Positions 16,315-47,982 of a stretch of 64,000 nucleotides of DNA are shown here, piece after piece (within the stretch, counting starts at the first letter, position 1; every line of letters starts with the position of its first letter). Source of the stretch: Paraspadella gotoi (taxonomy: Eukaryota > Animalia > Chaetognatha); contig CM119270.1 of assembly GCA_051294375.1 (NCBI GenBank), forward strand, positions 5,619,452-5,683,451. The letters run 5' to 3'. Below the pieces are notes generated by a model. It ran no database searches. It saw only the letters and a program-made list of their open reading frames with translations, and had not been told where the DNA came from. The position numbers and the translations under genes are program-made.

Positions 16315-16604
16315 ACTCTCCGCTCATTCCGCTTCTCCCCTCATCCGCCCCCTACAATTACCCCTACGATGACGCGGGGGGGGCATTGACTCCGCCCCTA
16401 GCGTGTTTCGCTCCTTCCTCCGGGGGGCTGACCCCATCGTCGGGGGGTTTTACCCCTTCCTCCGGGGGTCTTACCCCGCCGGTGGTTCCCCCAACGGGTC
16501 GCCTGACCCCGACCAGTTTGAGGCGTCACGGGTCGTCGAGGAAGGGGGAGGCGGGAGGAAGAGGGGGAGGAGGAGGAGGAGGAGGGAGGAGTTCGAGGAG
16601 ATGA
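16315..16604 (+). CDS. Probable terminal coding exon of an unidentified Pro/Gly/Ser-rich protein
   Basis: Acceptor CAAAAG| (16314), open frame SPLIPLLPSSAPYNYPYDD...PSSGGLT/PSSGGFT/PSSGGLT...SSRR-TGA; the 21-nt repeats differ mostly at codon position 3. Confidence 0.45.
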
Positions 16605-19301
16605 GGAGGAGGAAGAGGAAAAAGAAGATGAGGAGAGGAACATAGAGAAGAAGGAGAACAAAGAGATGGAGAAAACTAAGACGAAGTTATCACAAAGTTA
16701 TCATATTATAAAATAAAAACAATAAAAAAATAAAGAGTTTAAAACAAAAAATCGACGATGAGATTATGTAAAAAACTGGAGATAGAAAAATAACTCGGAT
16801 GAGGAGAAAAAAAGAAAATCGCATGACAAATCGCTCTGGTTAGTATTAAAATTTAAAGAAGAATTCAGACAATAAAACGAATGAAGTAAAAGCATGAATT
16901 GAATTTAATGCCACGAATGCAATAAATACCTCGATTGTATCTTGATTTGTAATACTGTACAAAAATAAGAGAATTATGGCAAAATTACAAATCTTCGCCT
17001 CTTTTTTGTTTATTTCTTCTCCATTATTTTTTAACAATATTTTATTTTCAAAATTTCTGTCTTCAAAAAAAATTAAGGGGACCCGGAATGAAAATTGAGC
17101 GACGAAGATTCGCTGATTCTTCGATTCTTCCGGTTTCCGTCGGAATTTTAATTTTCGGAGTTGACGTCTTTGAATCGACGGTCCGTCCCACCGTCCCCTT
17201 AAGTCCTTTCTCCCAATGAGAACCGTGAACGTTTCCTACCCCTGGCCCATCCGGCCCGTCAGCCCGTTCGGCACATCCGGCCCATCTCGCCCCTCAGCCC
17301 ATACCGGCAGCAACAAGAGAACCGCACAGAATTTGTCCTAATCTCTCCTCAACGTCGGAGTGGCGGAGAATGAAGTTTTGATAGATATATATATACATCT
17401 CTTCTCTCTCCCCTGCTCGGTCAAAGTTTGCTCTCGTCTCTCGGTCTCTCGTGCTCTCATCTCTCTCTACGTTTCAGCTCGGTCTCGTCTCTTCTTGCTT
17501 GCGTCGTCTCTTCGTCTCGATCTCGATCTCGCTGCAGTTCTATATCTCTATGCAGTGCGTCTCGTCTGCTCCGTCTCGGTCTCTCGATCTATCTCGTATC
17601 TCGTCTAGGTCATCTCTTTCCTCCGAGTATCGCCGCTACATCTCATTTACTCTCATTTATGTGGCTATGGAAGGATCTCTCTCACTGAGTGATCACGAGA
17701 ATGACTAATGTATGATGCAACAACTAGAACAAAAAAAAATTAAATTTCTATGCTTAATCAAATCATACCTTTTTGCACAATAACATAGCCTGTCCAAGGC
17801 CAGGATACGATTCTCACATTGGTTAAATCGTTTTTATAAATTTCTTTTTTTCTTCGGCTTTGCTTTATCATCTTAACCCTTCAAACATCTCTGAGCAGTC
17901 TCCCGTACATTGCTCGTTTCCAAGAGATCACCCCTCTCTCCATATCTCGCTCTTTCCATCTGAACCCTGCGTACTACAACTCTTATCTCGAACACCCCAC
18001 GACCCAGGTCACCTCCCAACTTACCCCCACTAACCCCACCCACCACCCCCTAGTTTCCATCCGGGTGGCGCGGGGACTCGCGTCATCAGTCACGGGAACA
18101 CAATCGGAGTCGGAATCCGAGTCCCAGGGGTTCGAACCCGGGACCCTGTCCGCGGAATTCGATCGGCAGAGGAAAGAGGGAAGGAGAAGGGGAAGGGAAG
18201 GTGAGGAGTGAGAGGGAGAGTGAGTGAGAGAGCGAGAGATTTAGAGAGTGAGATAGAAAGAATGAGACTCAGTTTCTATCGGACCGAGTGAGTGGCAATC
18301 CAAGAAAATCGGCGAGCGTTTCCATGGTCTCTCGTGAATAGGGGGGGGGCGAGTGAGACTATAATTTACTCGACCAAAGATATCAGTTTTGGTAAAGGCA
18401 GTGAGATATCAATTAGCTCGATTTGCGAAAAATAAAGATTTAAAAAAAAATATGACATGAACACATTTACGTTAAATTAATTTTTTTTCAGCAATACATA
18501 CGTACGTATAACTTATAACTTATCATTAGAATAGTAAACTTAATTTAAAGTGAAATATTATATTTTTCTGGAAAAAAAAACAGCAAAAGTCTGAAAGTTG
18601 TGAATTTGTGATACACCCTAGTGAGTCGCGCTAACTCGAAAAAGATTCGCGACGCGTCGCGCGACAATTCTCTGGAGTTGNNNNNNNNNNNNNNNNNNNN
18701 NNNNNNNNNNNNNNNNNNNNNNNNNNNNNNNNNNNNNNNNNNNNNNNNNNNNNNNNNNNNNNNNNNNNNNNNNNNNNNNNNNNNNNNNNNNNNNNNNNNN
18801 NNNNNNNNNNNNNNNNNNNNNNNNNNNNNNNNNNNNNNNNNNNNNNAGAGAGCAGAAAGCAATATAAAAATTAGTTTAAAATCAATATGTTCTGAAAAAA
18901 ATTTTTGGATGATGTTCAACGAAAAATTACAGGAATTCGGAATGAGATTGAGAGAGAGAATGAAAGAAAAATAGAGTAAAAAAGAGAGAGAGAGAGATAA
19001 TGTAGAAAAACTGCGAGAAGAGAGAGAGAAGGAGAGAGAAAAAAAGAGAGAGAGAGAGAGAGATACTTCTAAAGTCGAAGTTCGTCGTCGTATGACAATC
19101 ACCGATGGGGAAAAGAGAATACGTGACTGTAGTATGCAAATGAGAGAAAGACTACGTGACTNNNNNNNNNNNNNNNNNNNNNNNNNNNNNNNNNNNNNNN
19201 NNNNNNNNNNNNNNNNNNNNNNNNNNNNNNNNNNNNNNNNNNNNNNNNNNNNNNNNNNNNNNNNNNNNNNNNNNNNNNNNNNNNNNNNNNNNNNNNNNNN
19301 N

Positions 19302-19337
<36 letters not shown>

Positions 19338-20664
19338 ATGGCGGAACAAAATAATGCGACGTTAGAATTAACTGGGGGGTTTAACCCGAGTATTCCTATG
19401 TAAATTGGGAAAGTTGCGTCCTCGTCTGGTCTCCTCGGTCCTTACCCACTCATGCGCTTACCCCCTCAACCTCTTAAGCGCTGGATAACTTACCCGACGA
19501 GACCCTTACTCGCTCTGGCGGGTCCATGGCGGTTTGCTTATCGAAAAAATGTTCTCGATAAATCATAAATTATGTAGTTTTTTTTTGCCTTCGCAGCCAA
19601 CCGAGAATTGTTTGAGTGTTCATAAAAATATTCTGTTGGTAAATTTATAATAATATGCGTTATGAAATCGCAAAAATATAAATATTTTTCATTCACTCAA
19701 TAAACAAGCTATTTTTCCACTGACTCTGGACATTTACGAGTTTAAGACCTCCAACCTCCTACAAGAAAATAACATGTCACGGTCCAGCAAGCAGACTTTC
19801 TCACATCCTCGTCCATTAACTCCGTGACCAGCCTGGCTTTCCCCATTAGTGCAGTGATATAATATATTTTTTAACTATTTCAATTGGATAAAAAGACCAC
19901 TCCCTTTAATATAAAATCGTGAAATACAGTAGTCAATATTATACTCCGTAAGTGTTCAGCAATTTCATTTTACCAATCTTTTAACAATTTTGTAAATGCC
20001 GTATTTTGCAAAAACACGAGGAAAAAAAATCCGACTTTGCCGACACAAAGCTTTCTACCCTGCCGACGCAACCCGACATAACTCGACTGGAAAGGCTATA
20101 CCGGCGCCCATTTAAATTTAAAATGAGGGGGCGCCAAAGTTGAGGAGCGGAAACAATTCTTTGTCGAGAGGCGAGTCATCGAGAGGGAGAGAGAGANNNN
20201 NNNNNNNNNNNNNNNNNNNNNNNNNNNNNNNNNNNNNNNNNNNNNNNNNNNNNNNNNNNNNNNNNNNNNNNNNNNNNNNNNNNNNNNNNNNNNNNNNNNN
20301 NNNNNNNNNNNNGAGACGCTTTCCATGATTCCGTACTATTATCATTTTCTTATAACTTTTTCATTCATTTTAACTCTCACTATAATAAATACATCCCATT
20401 CGCCATTCTTCACGTCTTAATTCTTTCATCCCTTCTTGCACCACTTTGCTTCCTCCTTCCCCTTTTCCTATTTCCTTTCTTTTCCTATCTTCCCATTCCT
20501 CATTTTCTCTCTCTTCCCTCTCTTCCCTCTTTACCCTCATCCGTTTTATTTTTCCCCATATTTCCTATTTCCTCTGGACCTCATTTCCCATTTTCTTGCT
20601 CTTCCTCTCCCATCTCTATACCTTCCCCCCAAACCCTTTCTTTCTTTTTCCGCTTTTTTCCTCC

Positions 20665-20918
20665 TTCGCTTCTCCCTCCTCTCTCTCTTCCTTCTTCCTC
20701 TCTTTCTCCTCGAATTCGTCTTCTTTCCTCCATCGCTTCTCCTTCCTCTCTCTCTTCCTTCTTCCTCTCTTTCTCCTCGGATTCGTCTTCTTTCCTCCAT
20801 CGCTTCTCCTTCCTCTCTCTCTTCCTTCTTCCTCTCTTTCTCCTCGGATTCGTCTTCTTTCCTCCATCGCTTCTCCTTCCTCTTTCTCTTCCTTCTTCCT
20901 CTCTTTCTCCTCGGATTC
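20665..20918. repeat. Pyrimidine-rich minisatellite, 67-bp unit x~3.7
   Basis: CG(A/G)ATTC anchor recurs at 20711, 20778, 20845, 20912. Confidence 0.9.
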
Positions 20919-21571
20919 CCCGGGAAAAACACGAATCAACAAAAGAGAAGAATCGTCGAGCGTCAAAGTTTTAATTTTGACGACGACAAAGACGACGACG
21001 AAAACGACGACGACGAAAACGATGAAATAGGGATGACGATGTTTAAACACCGACGGCAACGAGGACCTCGTTGATTATAATGATGACATCGACGACGAAG
21101 ACGATGAAGACGATGAAGAATCGGAGAACAATAAATCTTTAAATATATTAATCTTTTTTCTTTTTTTTTTTTTGAAAAGTGGGAGAATAAAAAGGGAAGT
21201 TTTAATTACGGGAGTGAAATGTCGTGGCTTTTATGAATTTACTTACTATGTTTTCAAGATCGTAAATCTAATCTCTCTCTTTCTCNNNNNNNNNNNNNNN
21301 NNNNNNNNNNNNNNNNNNNNNNNNNNNNNNNNNNNNNNNNNNNNNNNNNNNNNNNNNNNNNNNNNNNNNNNNNNNNNNNNNNNNNNNNNNNNNNNNNNNN
21401 NNNNNNNNNNNNNNNNNNNNNNNNNNNNNNNNNNNNNNNNNNNNNNNNNNNNNNNNNNNNNNNNNNNNNNNNNNNNNNNNNNNNNNNNNNNTCAGCCTTC
21501 GTTTTCACTCTTTTGAGTCTTAAACTCGAATGTTTTTTTGTGTTTTGTTTTGTGTTTTTGTTTTTATTCAG

Positions 21572-40278
<18,707 letters not shown>

Positions 40279-41761
40279 CCCCGGCACAATGGACACGCAC
40301 TATAAATTCCCCTCCTCCAAAAAAAAAGTGCGTCGTCGTTGTCAAAGGCCCACTCTCCCTTGATCCACCTCCGTCTGGCTTTTATAATCATATACTGCCT
40401 TTTAACATAGTAATTTTTCATTAAGCTTAATTATGACTACCCAGCACCCACTCCCTGGCCCAATTTTCGTATTTCATTTTTGCCCCTCGCCCCAACGGCC
40501 TTCCCTGAAACCCTTGCTTTGACTATATTAGGTAAAGAATGTCGCTTCTTATCTTCGGGTTCTAAGTATTTATGAAGTTCTAGTTCTAAGTCTGAAATCA
40601 TAATTTAATCCTGAAAAATATCTCTTCCAAAAATATTGATGCGCTGATGCACACTCCTTCCCCACCCCCTTGGCCCCCTCCACGACAACCGTCAATCCCC
40701 AACGATGATCGCCTCCGATCCGCCAGAAATTGTTAAACCGCTTCATTTGTGATACTTCGAATAAAATAGGGAAACGGACAGGATTAAAACTAGGGGGGGG
40801 GAGAAACCGTTAAAAATCTCGTGACTAATACGTCTAACTTCCGTTGTGTATTTATTACTATTTATTCTATTCATATCGTAATTTGATATGAATAAAAACA
40901 CATTAGTCATTACTAGTTGGCCGCGTTCAGAAATCTCCGTCAGGAAGAAAAGACGTGCTCATTTCGTAGTTGCAATCATTGTAACCAGTAGTCCGGTTAT
41001 CATTATTATTATCAACATGTACTACTTTTAGGGAGTTACATTTTAAATTCCCAAGAGAAAACGCGTGACTAAAGAACTCTGCCCCCCGCCCGCGAATTGT
41101 TAGAATCAACTTTAATTCATTACTGGATCAGATTCAAACTGTCCAACTTTTTGTTGAATTCCAGTCTTGTTCAGGATTTTCTTTTTATTTTTTGTACATA
41201 TCATTGCCACGCGATTCACTATAGTTTGCCTTGTTGAAATAGAAAACTGATCGAGAAAATCTCAAGAAGTTTTTTCAAAGTTTTGCATTCAAATCATAAC
41301 TAAGTTTCACTGCTGCTCTAAACCTATAAAGAATGAGCTCATTCATGAATAAACGCCAAAGATTACAGCCACGGACGACCGCATTCTAACAGCCATCCGC
41401 TAATAAATATATTTAGCTTCGAATTTTGATTCCTAGTAATCATAAAAGCACAAAACTAAAACAAGGAAATAAACCAGCTACATCTCCGGCCGCAAAAATA
41501 ATAAAATAAAAATATTTATATAAAAGAGGGATGGCTCGCGGGGAAAGAGCAAATAATGTCGGACAGGGATAAACGCAAAATTATTATTCAAAAGAATACT
41601 CGTTTTTTTCCTTATAGTTAGTGGTTAATTATTATGTCCGTTCTAAATCTTCCGACGGAAGATTAACGACTACGTTCTCGTTTTTGTCGGGGCAGTGAGA
41701 AAAAAAAAGGGAGGCGGGCAAAAAGAAAAGGGGGAATGGCGAGAAAAGGAATCATTTGTCC

Positions 41762-43278
41762 TCAGTCTATGTACTGCGACATCCACCGGAAGCCTTCGCC
41801 GTATCCCTGGCGTTTGAGGACGGAGCACATGAAGACTTCCATGGGGCGAGACCCGTTTAACTCGGAGCGGGGCACTTGGTTTTTGCCTGAAAAGGAGAAA
41901 AAACGAAAAACGTAAGGAGATGAGAATTTATAATCTTTTGAAAAAAATACTTAAAAATGCTTATTTTAAAAAATAATTACCTAATTACCCTAACCCTAAA
42001 CCATATTAACTTTAACCACCCTTAATCCTAACCCGGTCGGCGAAAGTAAAAGTAACCGAATTCTTTTTTAATATTAACAGAAATAAGACAAAAAAACAAG
42101 GCGATATAGTCTATAAGTAAAAACATATTTATCTCTTATAAAAATCTTTCGATTTCGACCATTGCCAAAAAGGTTTTTCAACGACAAAATTACGTAACTC
42201 AAAAAAATTACGCTTATTTATTTTGGAAATGCTAAAGTAAAATTACAGTTGTTATTAAATTACGTGATAAAGAATACTTAGTTTATAATTCGATAAGGTC
42301 CACGTCATTTCAGTTAGATGCGTAAATTTTGGATGTGATAGGCTAACTCTTCCATCCCCTTGAAACGTCTCTCCTAATTGAAATCAATGAAGACCACCCC
42401 TCCCCCAACATTTCCATCTTTACCGACCCCCAACCAATGTTTAGATCGTTATTTCCTTCCACCCACCTTCATCCTTCCACTCTTGTCTCATCTTCGCCAA
42501 CCCTCCACCCCTGCCGCTCACCCGTCGTTTTCCCATAGAGGCCAAAGTACATCCGGATATCGTCCTCGGACGCGGCGCCCGGGCGGTCGATCTTGTTGCC
42601 GAGGATAAGGACGGGCACGTCGGAGATTTGCTCGTCCCCGAGGAGAGAATCTAACTCGGATTTTGACTCCGGGAGACGCTCCCGATCCCAAGCGTCCACG
42701 AGGAAGACGATCCCGTCCACGGCGGGGAAGTAGTCCTGAGAAGAGACACTGGCGATTACTTACAGATGTGGAAATGGGGGAGGTGTATGTTGTGATGTCA
42801 ATATGTTACGTAGAATAAGGTAAACCATCTTATAAACATAAGCATTAAGCACCGAAATTACCGACAAAGATAAGTGGATTACGGAATCCCCATTCCTTAT
42901 TTATTATTGAATTCTAGGGCAAATAAAAAGGCATCTTATACGTATAAAAGACCAGTACCTTCCAAACTCTTCTGGCTTGCGTATGTCCGCCCAAATCGAA
43001 AGTGGTAAACCGCATGCTGCCGATCGCTAATTCCTACAACAAAACGAGAGGATACAAACATTTAATCCTTTGTCATCTCTGGATGAAAACTGTAGGAGGA
43101 TTACCTCTGAAGTCGGGTGAAGCGTGGGGACGTGTTGCGCCATTCGATCGTCTTTGAGCATGTGGAGCAAAGTCGTTTTTCCCGCATTGTCCAAACCAAG
43201 GAACACTAATTTTCCCGATTTGGAGTACAATCCAAGGTACTTAAGCATTCCGGTGAAGTAATCCCATAGAAAAGCCAT
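41762..43278 (-). CDS. SAR1: GTP-binding protein SAR1 (COPII small GTPase), 195 aa; exons 43278-43105, 43033-42959, 42735-42522, 41886-41762
   Basis: [64 protein letters not shown]; three canonical GT-AG introns, all in frame (588 nt). Confidence 0.98.
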
Positions 43279-44662
43279 GGTGAGGGTACAGTTTTTGGTA
43301 GGATGGTCGACGGTCGCCAGAAAATTTAAGGATTAATTTATTTCTTGCTTTAAACTGTAGGAGAACGTAATAACTTTAAAGAAAAACGAAGGGTGAGAAG
43401 GGTCAATGGGGTTGATTTTCTTTTACTGATTAGGTGCCTATGTGCGCATTAAAACGAAGCTGGAATGTCCGGGTCTTTGAACCGTTGACACAGGTTTATT
43501 TCGTCGTCATCGTCGAAAATTATGTCCTGTCGAGAAATCGTCTTTATAATCGTCGTTGTCACGCCCTCAACTATGACGCGAAAATCTCCAACATCATCAG
43601 TGGGCCGTTACTCCAAGAAACGAGGCCAGTGTTCCTTTAAAACATATAGCACACTAGGTTATTTTCATTTAGAACTCTACATCCTTTTTTGGTAGTGCCG
43701 TTTCATTTGAAAAATCCGAATTACGAAGAAAATATTAGAACTTCGGTTTCTTTCTTCTCTTGGGTTTAATACTGTGGCGCTTTGGGATTGGTCGTGCGTT
43801 GTAATAGACTGACGAATCAGAAGAAAAAGAAACAGTCGACGAGTAAAAACAAAATAGCAAAGCTGATCGCTAGCGCTGAAATCACTGCATCTTATGCTCA
43901 ACTAGGGATAAAAAACAAATGCACATTCGTTGATCGTCATGATGTGATTGTGAATGATAATTTTATACACCATCCCATACATTCACATAATCTTTCATTT
44001 TAAATTAATTGAAATATATTCCGTTATTGGTTTTTCTCTGTTATAATTCTTCATTTTTTGTAATAATTAAAAGTAAAATTATAGTATGATCAGAATCAAG
44101 TTTTTGAATATTAGTAAATTGTAGAAATGCTAATGTAAAATGTAAATGCACTTTTTTAAGTAAAAAATAAGTTAATTGTTTATAAAAGGTTTCGTACGAT
44201 CGTTTTTGCTGTTTGGCATACGAGCCACTCAGGTTTTTAAGCCAAGTTATTAACTTTTTTTATACAAGTGAAATATTGTTTAAAATATATGTTATGGAAC
44301 AAACTATCCTATAGCTTTATTTTAATACACTTTCTCGAAAAAAAAAACACACATTAAAAAAAAGCAATAACCCTTGAGAAAATATCTCGGTATCTTGAGA
44401 TCATATTTCGTTTTTGCCAATCCTTTTAAATCAAAACATGTTGGAGCTCAAAAAAATTTCAACTGCCGAAAGTTCTTCAGTGACCTTGATAACGATAATG
44501 TTCCCGGCTCAGAGAAACTCACCATGGTTTCTCATTCTACTAGTAAAATTTGCTGACCGCTTCTTTCGCGCTCCGTTTAAAAAAGGCACGAACTAGTTGT
44601 TCAGACATTCGGATAACTATTCGATACTAAATGTAAAAAAGAGATTATAAAAATTCGTCGAG

Positions 44663-45331
44663 TCAAAAGAAGATAATATTGAGCACCAAAGCCGACGTAA
44701 CGGCCGCCACTCCGAGTGATACAGGGTCAAAAGCGGCGTTGGCGTCGGAACTTCGCGTCGTCGGTTTCGAAACGAAACCTTTGGCGTTGAAACCAGAATC
44801 GGGCAAAAAATAACCGCGCCACTTCGTCGTCATCGTCGTCGTCGTCATCATCGTGGTAGCTCCCACCGACGCCGATATTTTGTTGTGCCTAAGTTTGTTT
44901 TTGTTTCTGTTTTTGTTTCTCGATCGGAAATGTTTCGCGTTTTTTTCGCCGCTGTTGTTCTCAGAACCTTCGTCGCCGCTTCCGCCGTTTTTTCCTCCGC
45001 TCTTGCTGTTGTTTTTCCCGCCGATTTTGCTGTTGTTCCTGGTGGTGATTTTGTTGTTGTTGTTGTTGTTTTTGATAACGCCAACCCGACGTGATTCCCC
45101 GTCGGAAGTTTTAACGAAGACGCGAAAAAAAGAATCTTTTTCTTTGATTTCGTCTCCTGCAGGGTCGGCGCGGCCGATGCTGTTGCCGACGCCGCGGCTT
45201 CCGCTGTTATTTATATCTTCCTGTGATGATGTCGACGACGACGACGAAAACGACGATTCAGCGCCGAACCGAAAGTCGAACTCGTCCACCAACGCCGCTG
45301 ATGAGGAAGACAGCGAGTCGCGTTCCTTGGC
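44663..45331 (-). CDS. 222-codon ORF directly in frame after the FReD TAG; S/N/G/K/T-rich stalk with GPI-signal-like C-terminus
   Basis: CAG|G TTT TAG GCC AAG GAA...; 45331-44663 is open and ends RSSDANAAFDPVSLGVAAVTSALVLNIIFF*. Confidence 0.6.
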   Translation of the reverse strand, partial: AKERDSLSSSSAALVDEFDFRFGAESSFSSSSSTSSQEDINNSGSRGVGNSIGRADPAGDEIKEKDSFFRVFVKTSDGESRRVGVIKNNNNNNKITTRNNSKIGGKNNSKSGGKNGGSGDEGSENNSGEKNAKHFRSRNKNRNKNKLRHNKISASVGATTMMTTTTMTTKWRGYFLPDSGFNAKGFVSKPTTRSSDANAAFDPVSLGVAAVTSALVLNIIFF

Positions 45332-46929
45332 CTAAAACCTGGAAAAAAGGGAAAAGTAAGAGAGGGAGGCAGAAAGGAGGGCAGATTGAAACGTTAAGTT
45401 TTTCTTCGTTGTCTTTAATCGCAACTTCGGATAAAGCCTTATCACAAGTCCTCTTGCACTAACCTGAGCGGTCTTATTTTCATGACGGTTCTCCTTAGCG
45501 AATACTCTGGCCCTTTCCACGTGACCCAATCGATACAGTCTCGGGCGCCGACAGAACCTTCAAAGGAGTTGGGATACCGAAATGTAAAAACAAAATGAAG
45601 AAAATTGCCCAAATAAATTATTTTATAATAAATGGACGTGAGAGGTAAAGCTGGTATATTAGCGATTAGTACTTATTGACCTTTGTTCCAATAGGGTCCG
45701 TTGAGGTGGGCGTGGCTGCAAGCGTTGTACCACCAACCGGATCTGAGGGCGATGGCGCAGTTTTTCGTCGGGTCGTTGTCGTTTTCTTTGTCCCAAGTGG
45801 AGAACATCATGTCTGAGGACAAAGAAAATATTCTCAGATATAGCGAAAGCATCTGACCGCAGTTGTAAAATCTTAATGTAATACAACAAAATTTGTTACG
45901 AAAATTGTTCTGTCAAAATGGGTCAGAACTCACCATTGTGCGAGTGCAATTTGGAGGCGTCGAAAGCGTTTCCCGCCGTCCCGGAGTATCTGCCGAGTCT
46001 GACGCGGTATTTGTTCTTCTCGTTTTCCACATGAAACGGAGTGTAAACTGCGTAGGCGTGACCTCGTTCCCAATCCCAAAGGTCGACGCGCATCACGTAT
46101 TTGTCCTGATTATTTTTAAAAAATGGAATTTTTAGATATATATATATCTGTCCGTCCGTCCGTTCGTCGGAATTTAACAACCAATGAATACTTTTCCTGT
46201 CACTCGCCTGATTGGTTAGAGCGAAAATGTTTTCGTTTCCGATCCAATGTTCGCCTTCGATGTAACCGAATCCATTCTTGTAGTCGTTCCAATCTCTAGC
46301 CCAACAAAAAATATTGTATTTTTTAATAGATGACAAACTGAGTTATCATGACGTTGACGTTGCAATTTTGCCAAAACCCAATCCTCATAACTCACTACTT
46401 TTGCGGTTTTACACCTTTTTTTATGAACGTAATAGTTAATACCCTCCGTCGCAATTTGATCCAAAGTCATCGATAAGGTTTGGCACCTGTAAAAGTCATC
46501 GATAAGGTTTGGCACCTGTAAAAGTCGACGGATCCGTCCATGCGTCGCTGGATGACCGTCCATCCGCCGCCATCTTCCATGTCGCAATAGACTTTCACAA
46601 TCTTGGAGGAGAAAGGGAGGAATAGAGGAGGAAAGGAAAAAGGAGAAAGAGAATATGAAATTGAGAAAAATAGATAAAAAATGAGAAAAGGTGTTGAAAG
46701 AAAAAAGAACGGGGAAAAAAATAGAGTTGGGAAAGGACGACAAAAATATTCCTTTTGACTTAATTTTTATTAAAATATGTAACGCATGTTTCCTTTTTTT
46801 TAGTATTCCTTGGGACCTCACCCTTCAGTGAATTGATTAACCCTGTACGAGATTGGCTCACCCGATTTTTGATCCTGAGCGAATAGACGCCGCTGTATGT
46901 GTTACCACTCTTGAAAATGTCGGCGCAAT
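45332..46929 (-). CDS. Fibrinogen-related domain (FReD/FBG) protein, ficolin/angiopoietin/tenascin-C-terminus-like; exons 46929-46862, 46601-46516, 46295-46208, 46105-45934, 45812-45681, 45557-45464, 45338-45332; N-terminal exons unresolved
   Basis: [16 protein letters not shown], [107 protein letters not shown]; phases consistent throughout; one GC-AG intron. Confidence 0.95.
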
Positions 46930-47379
46930 CTAAACGAAATTAAGTTTTGAATTTAAGAAAAACTTCTTTCCGGATGCCACAATTGCTCGCCTTTTATAAG
47001 TCGCTAGACCTAGCTAGACTTTTGTGAGATTTTTGTGTATCTTCACGCGAGCAGACCCCGGGCATTCCTTTCTCTCTTTTTCTTTTTTTCTTTTTTTCTT
47101 TTTTTCTTTTTTTCGTTTTCTTTGTTCCTCCTTTCTCGGTTTCTCCTCCCTGCCACATCTGTGTATGCATTGTTAAATTTGAACTTAATTGTTCTGTTTT
47201 GCAAACATTTTTTCCAATTTTTTCTCTTTTACGGTTAGGCCGGTTTATCAATTTTTTTGGAAAGCTTTTAGAGCGTCTTTTTCTTTAATTTCCCGTATAG
47301 TGGTATTATGCTCTCTCCCTACTTCCACTTATATTACAACATATTTCCAAAATTTACGTTGACTTTTTCTCTCTTCATC

Positions 47380-47444
<65 letters not shown>

Positions 47445-47684
47445 TCTCTCTCTCTCTCCTCTCAGCCCTCCCATTCGCGACCACCGCCCTCTTTTGTTAC
47501 TTTCATCAAGCTTGGCGAACTCTTTCAATTTTGCTCCTGTAGAAGATACGAGAGGAGGGAACTATTTTTTAGACCAACGATTGTAGAATTTGCGATATTT
47601 TCAAAATCCTGACTTCAATGATGACTTCACAACTACTCCTATTTCTTCTTTCTCTCTGTTTCTCTCTTCTCTCTCTCTCTCTCT

Positions 47685-47766
<82 letters not shown>

Positions 47767-47871
47767 CCGTTCCGCCCACAATTGTCCCTTATCTCTTCAG
47801 GCGGATCCTGACCGAAAAAAAAGTCAGCGTTTGAACTTTCGAAAATCCGCCGCCGAAAAACGTTTCTTCGC

Positions 47872-47907
<36 letters not shown>

Positions 47908-47943
47908 GAGAGAGAGAGAGAGACAGAGAAGAGAGAGAGAGAG

Positions 47944-47982
<39 letters not shown>

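Noticed and set aside
17400-17610. Apparent inverted similarity to 28150-28260
   Set aside because: Both are noisy CT/GA microsatellite-derived sequence.
18121-18145. tRNA or SINE suggested by B-box GGTTCGAACCC
   Set aside because: No cloverleaf or convincing A-box on either strand.
45332-45334. Genome-wide stop-codon reassignment (TAG as sense)
   Set aside because: No internal TAG is needed in SAR1, the XKR gene or the other FReD exons, so a single case is not enough; note that the clean genes here all end in TGA, so the window cannot exclude it.
44853-45335. 160-aa hydrophobic + strand ORF
   Set aside because: Antisense shadow of the low-complexity FReD extension.
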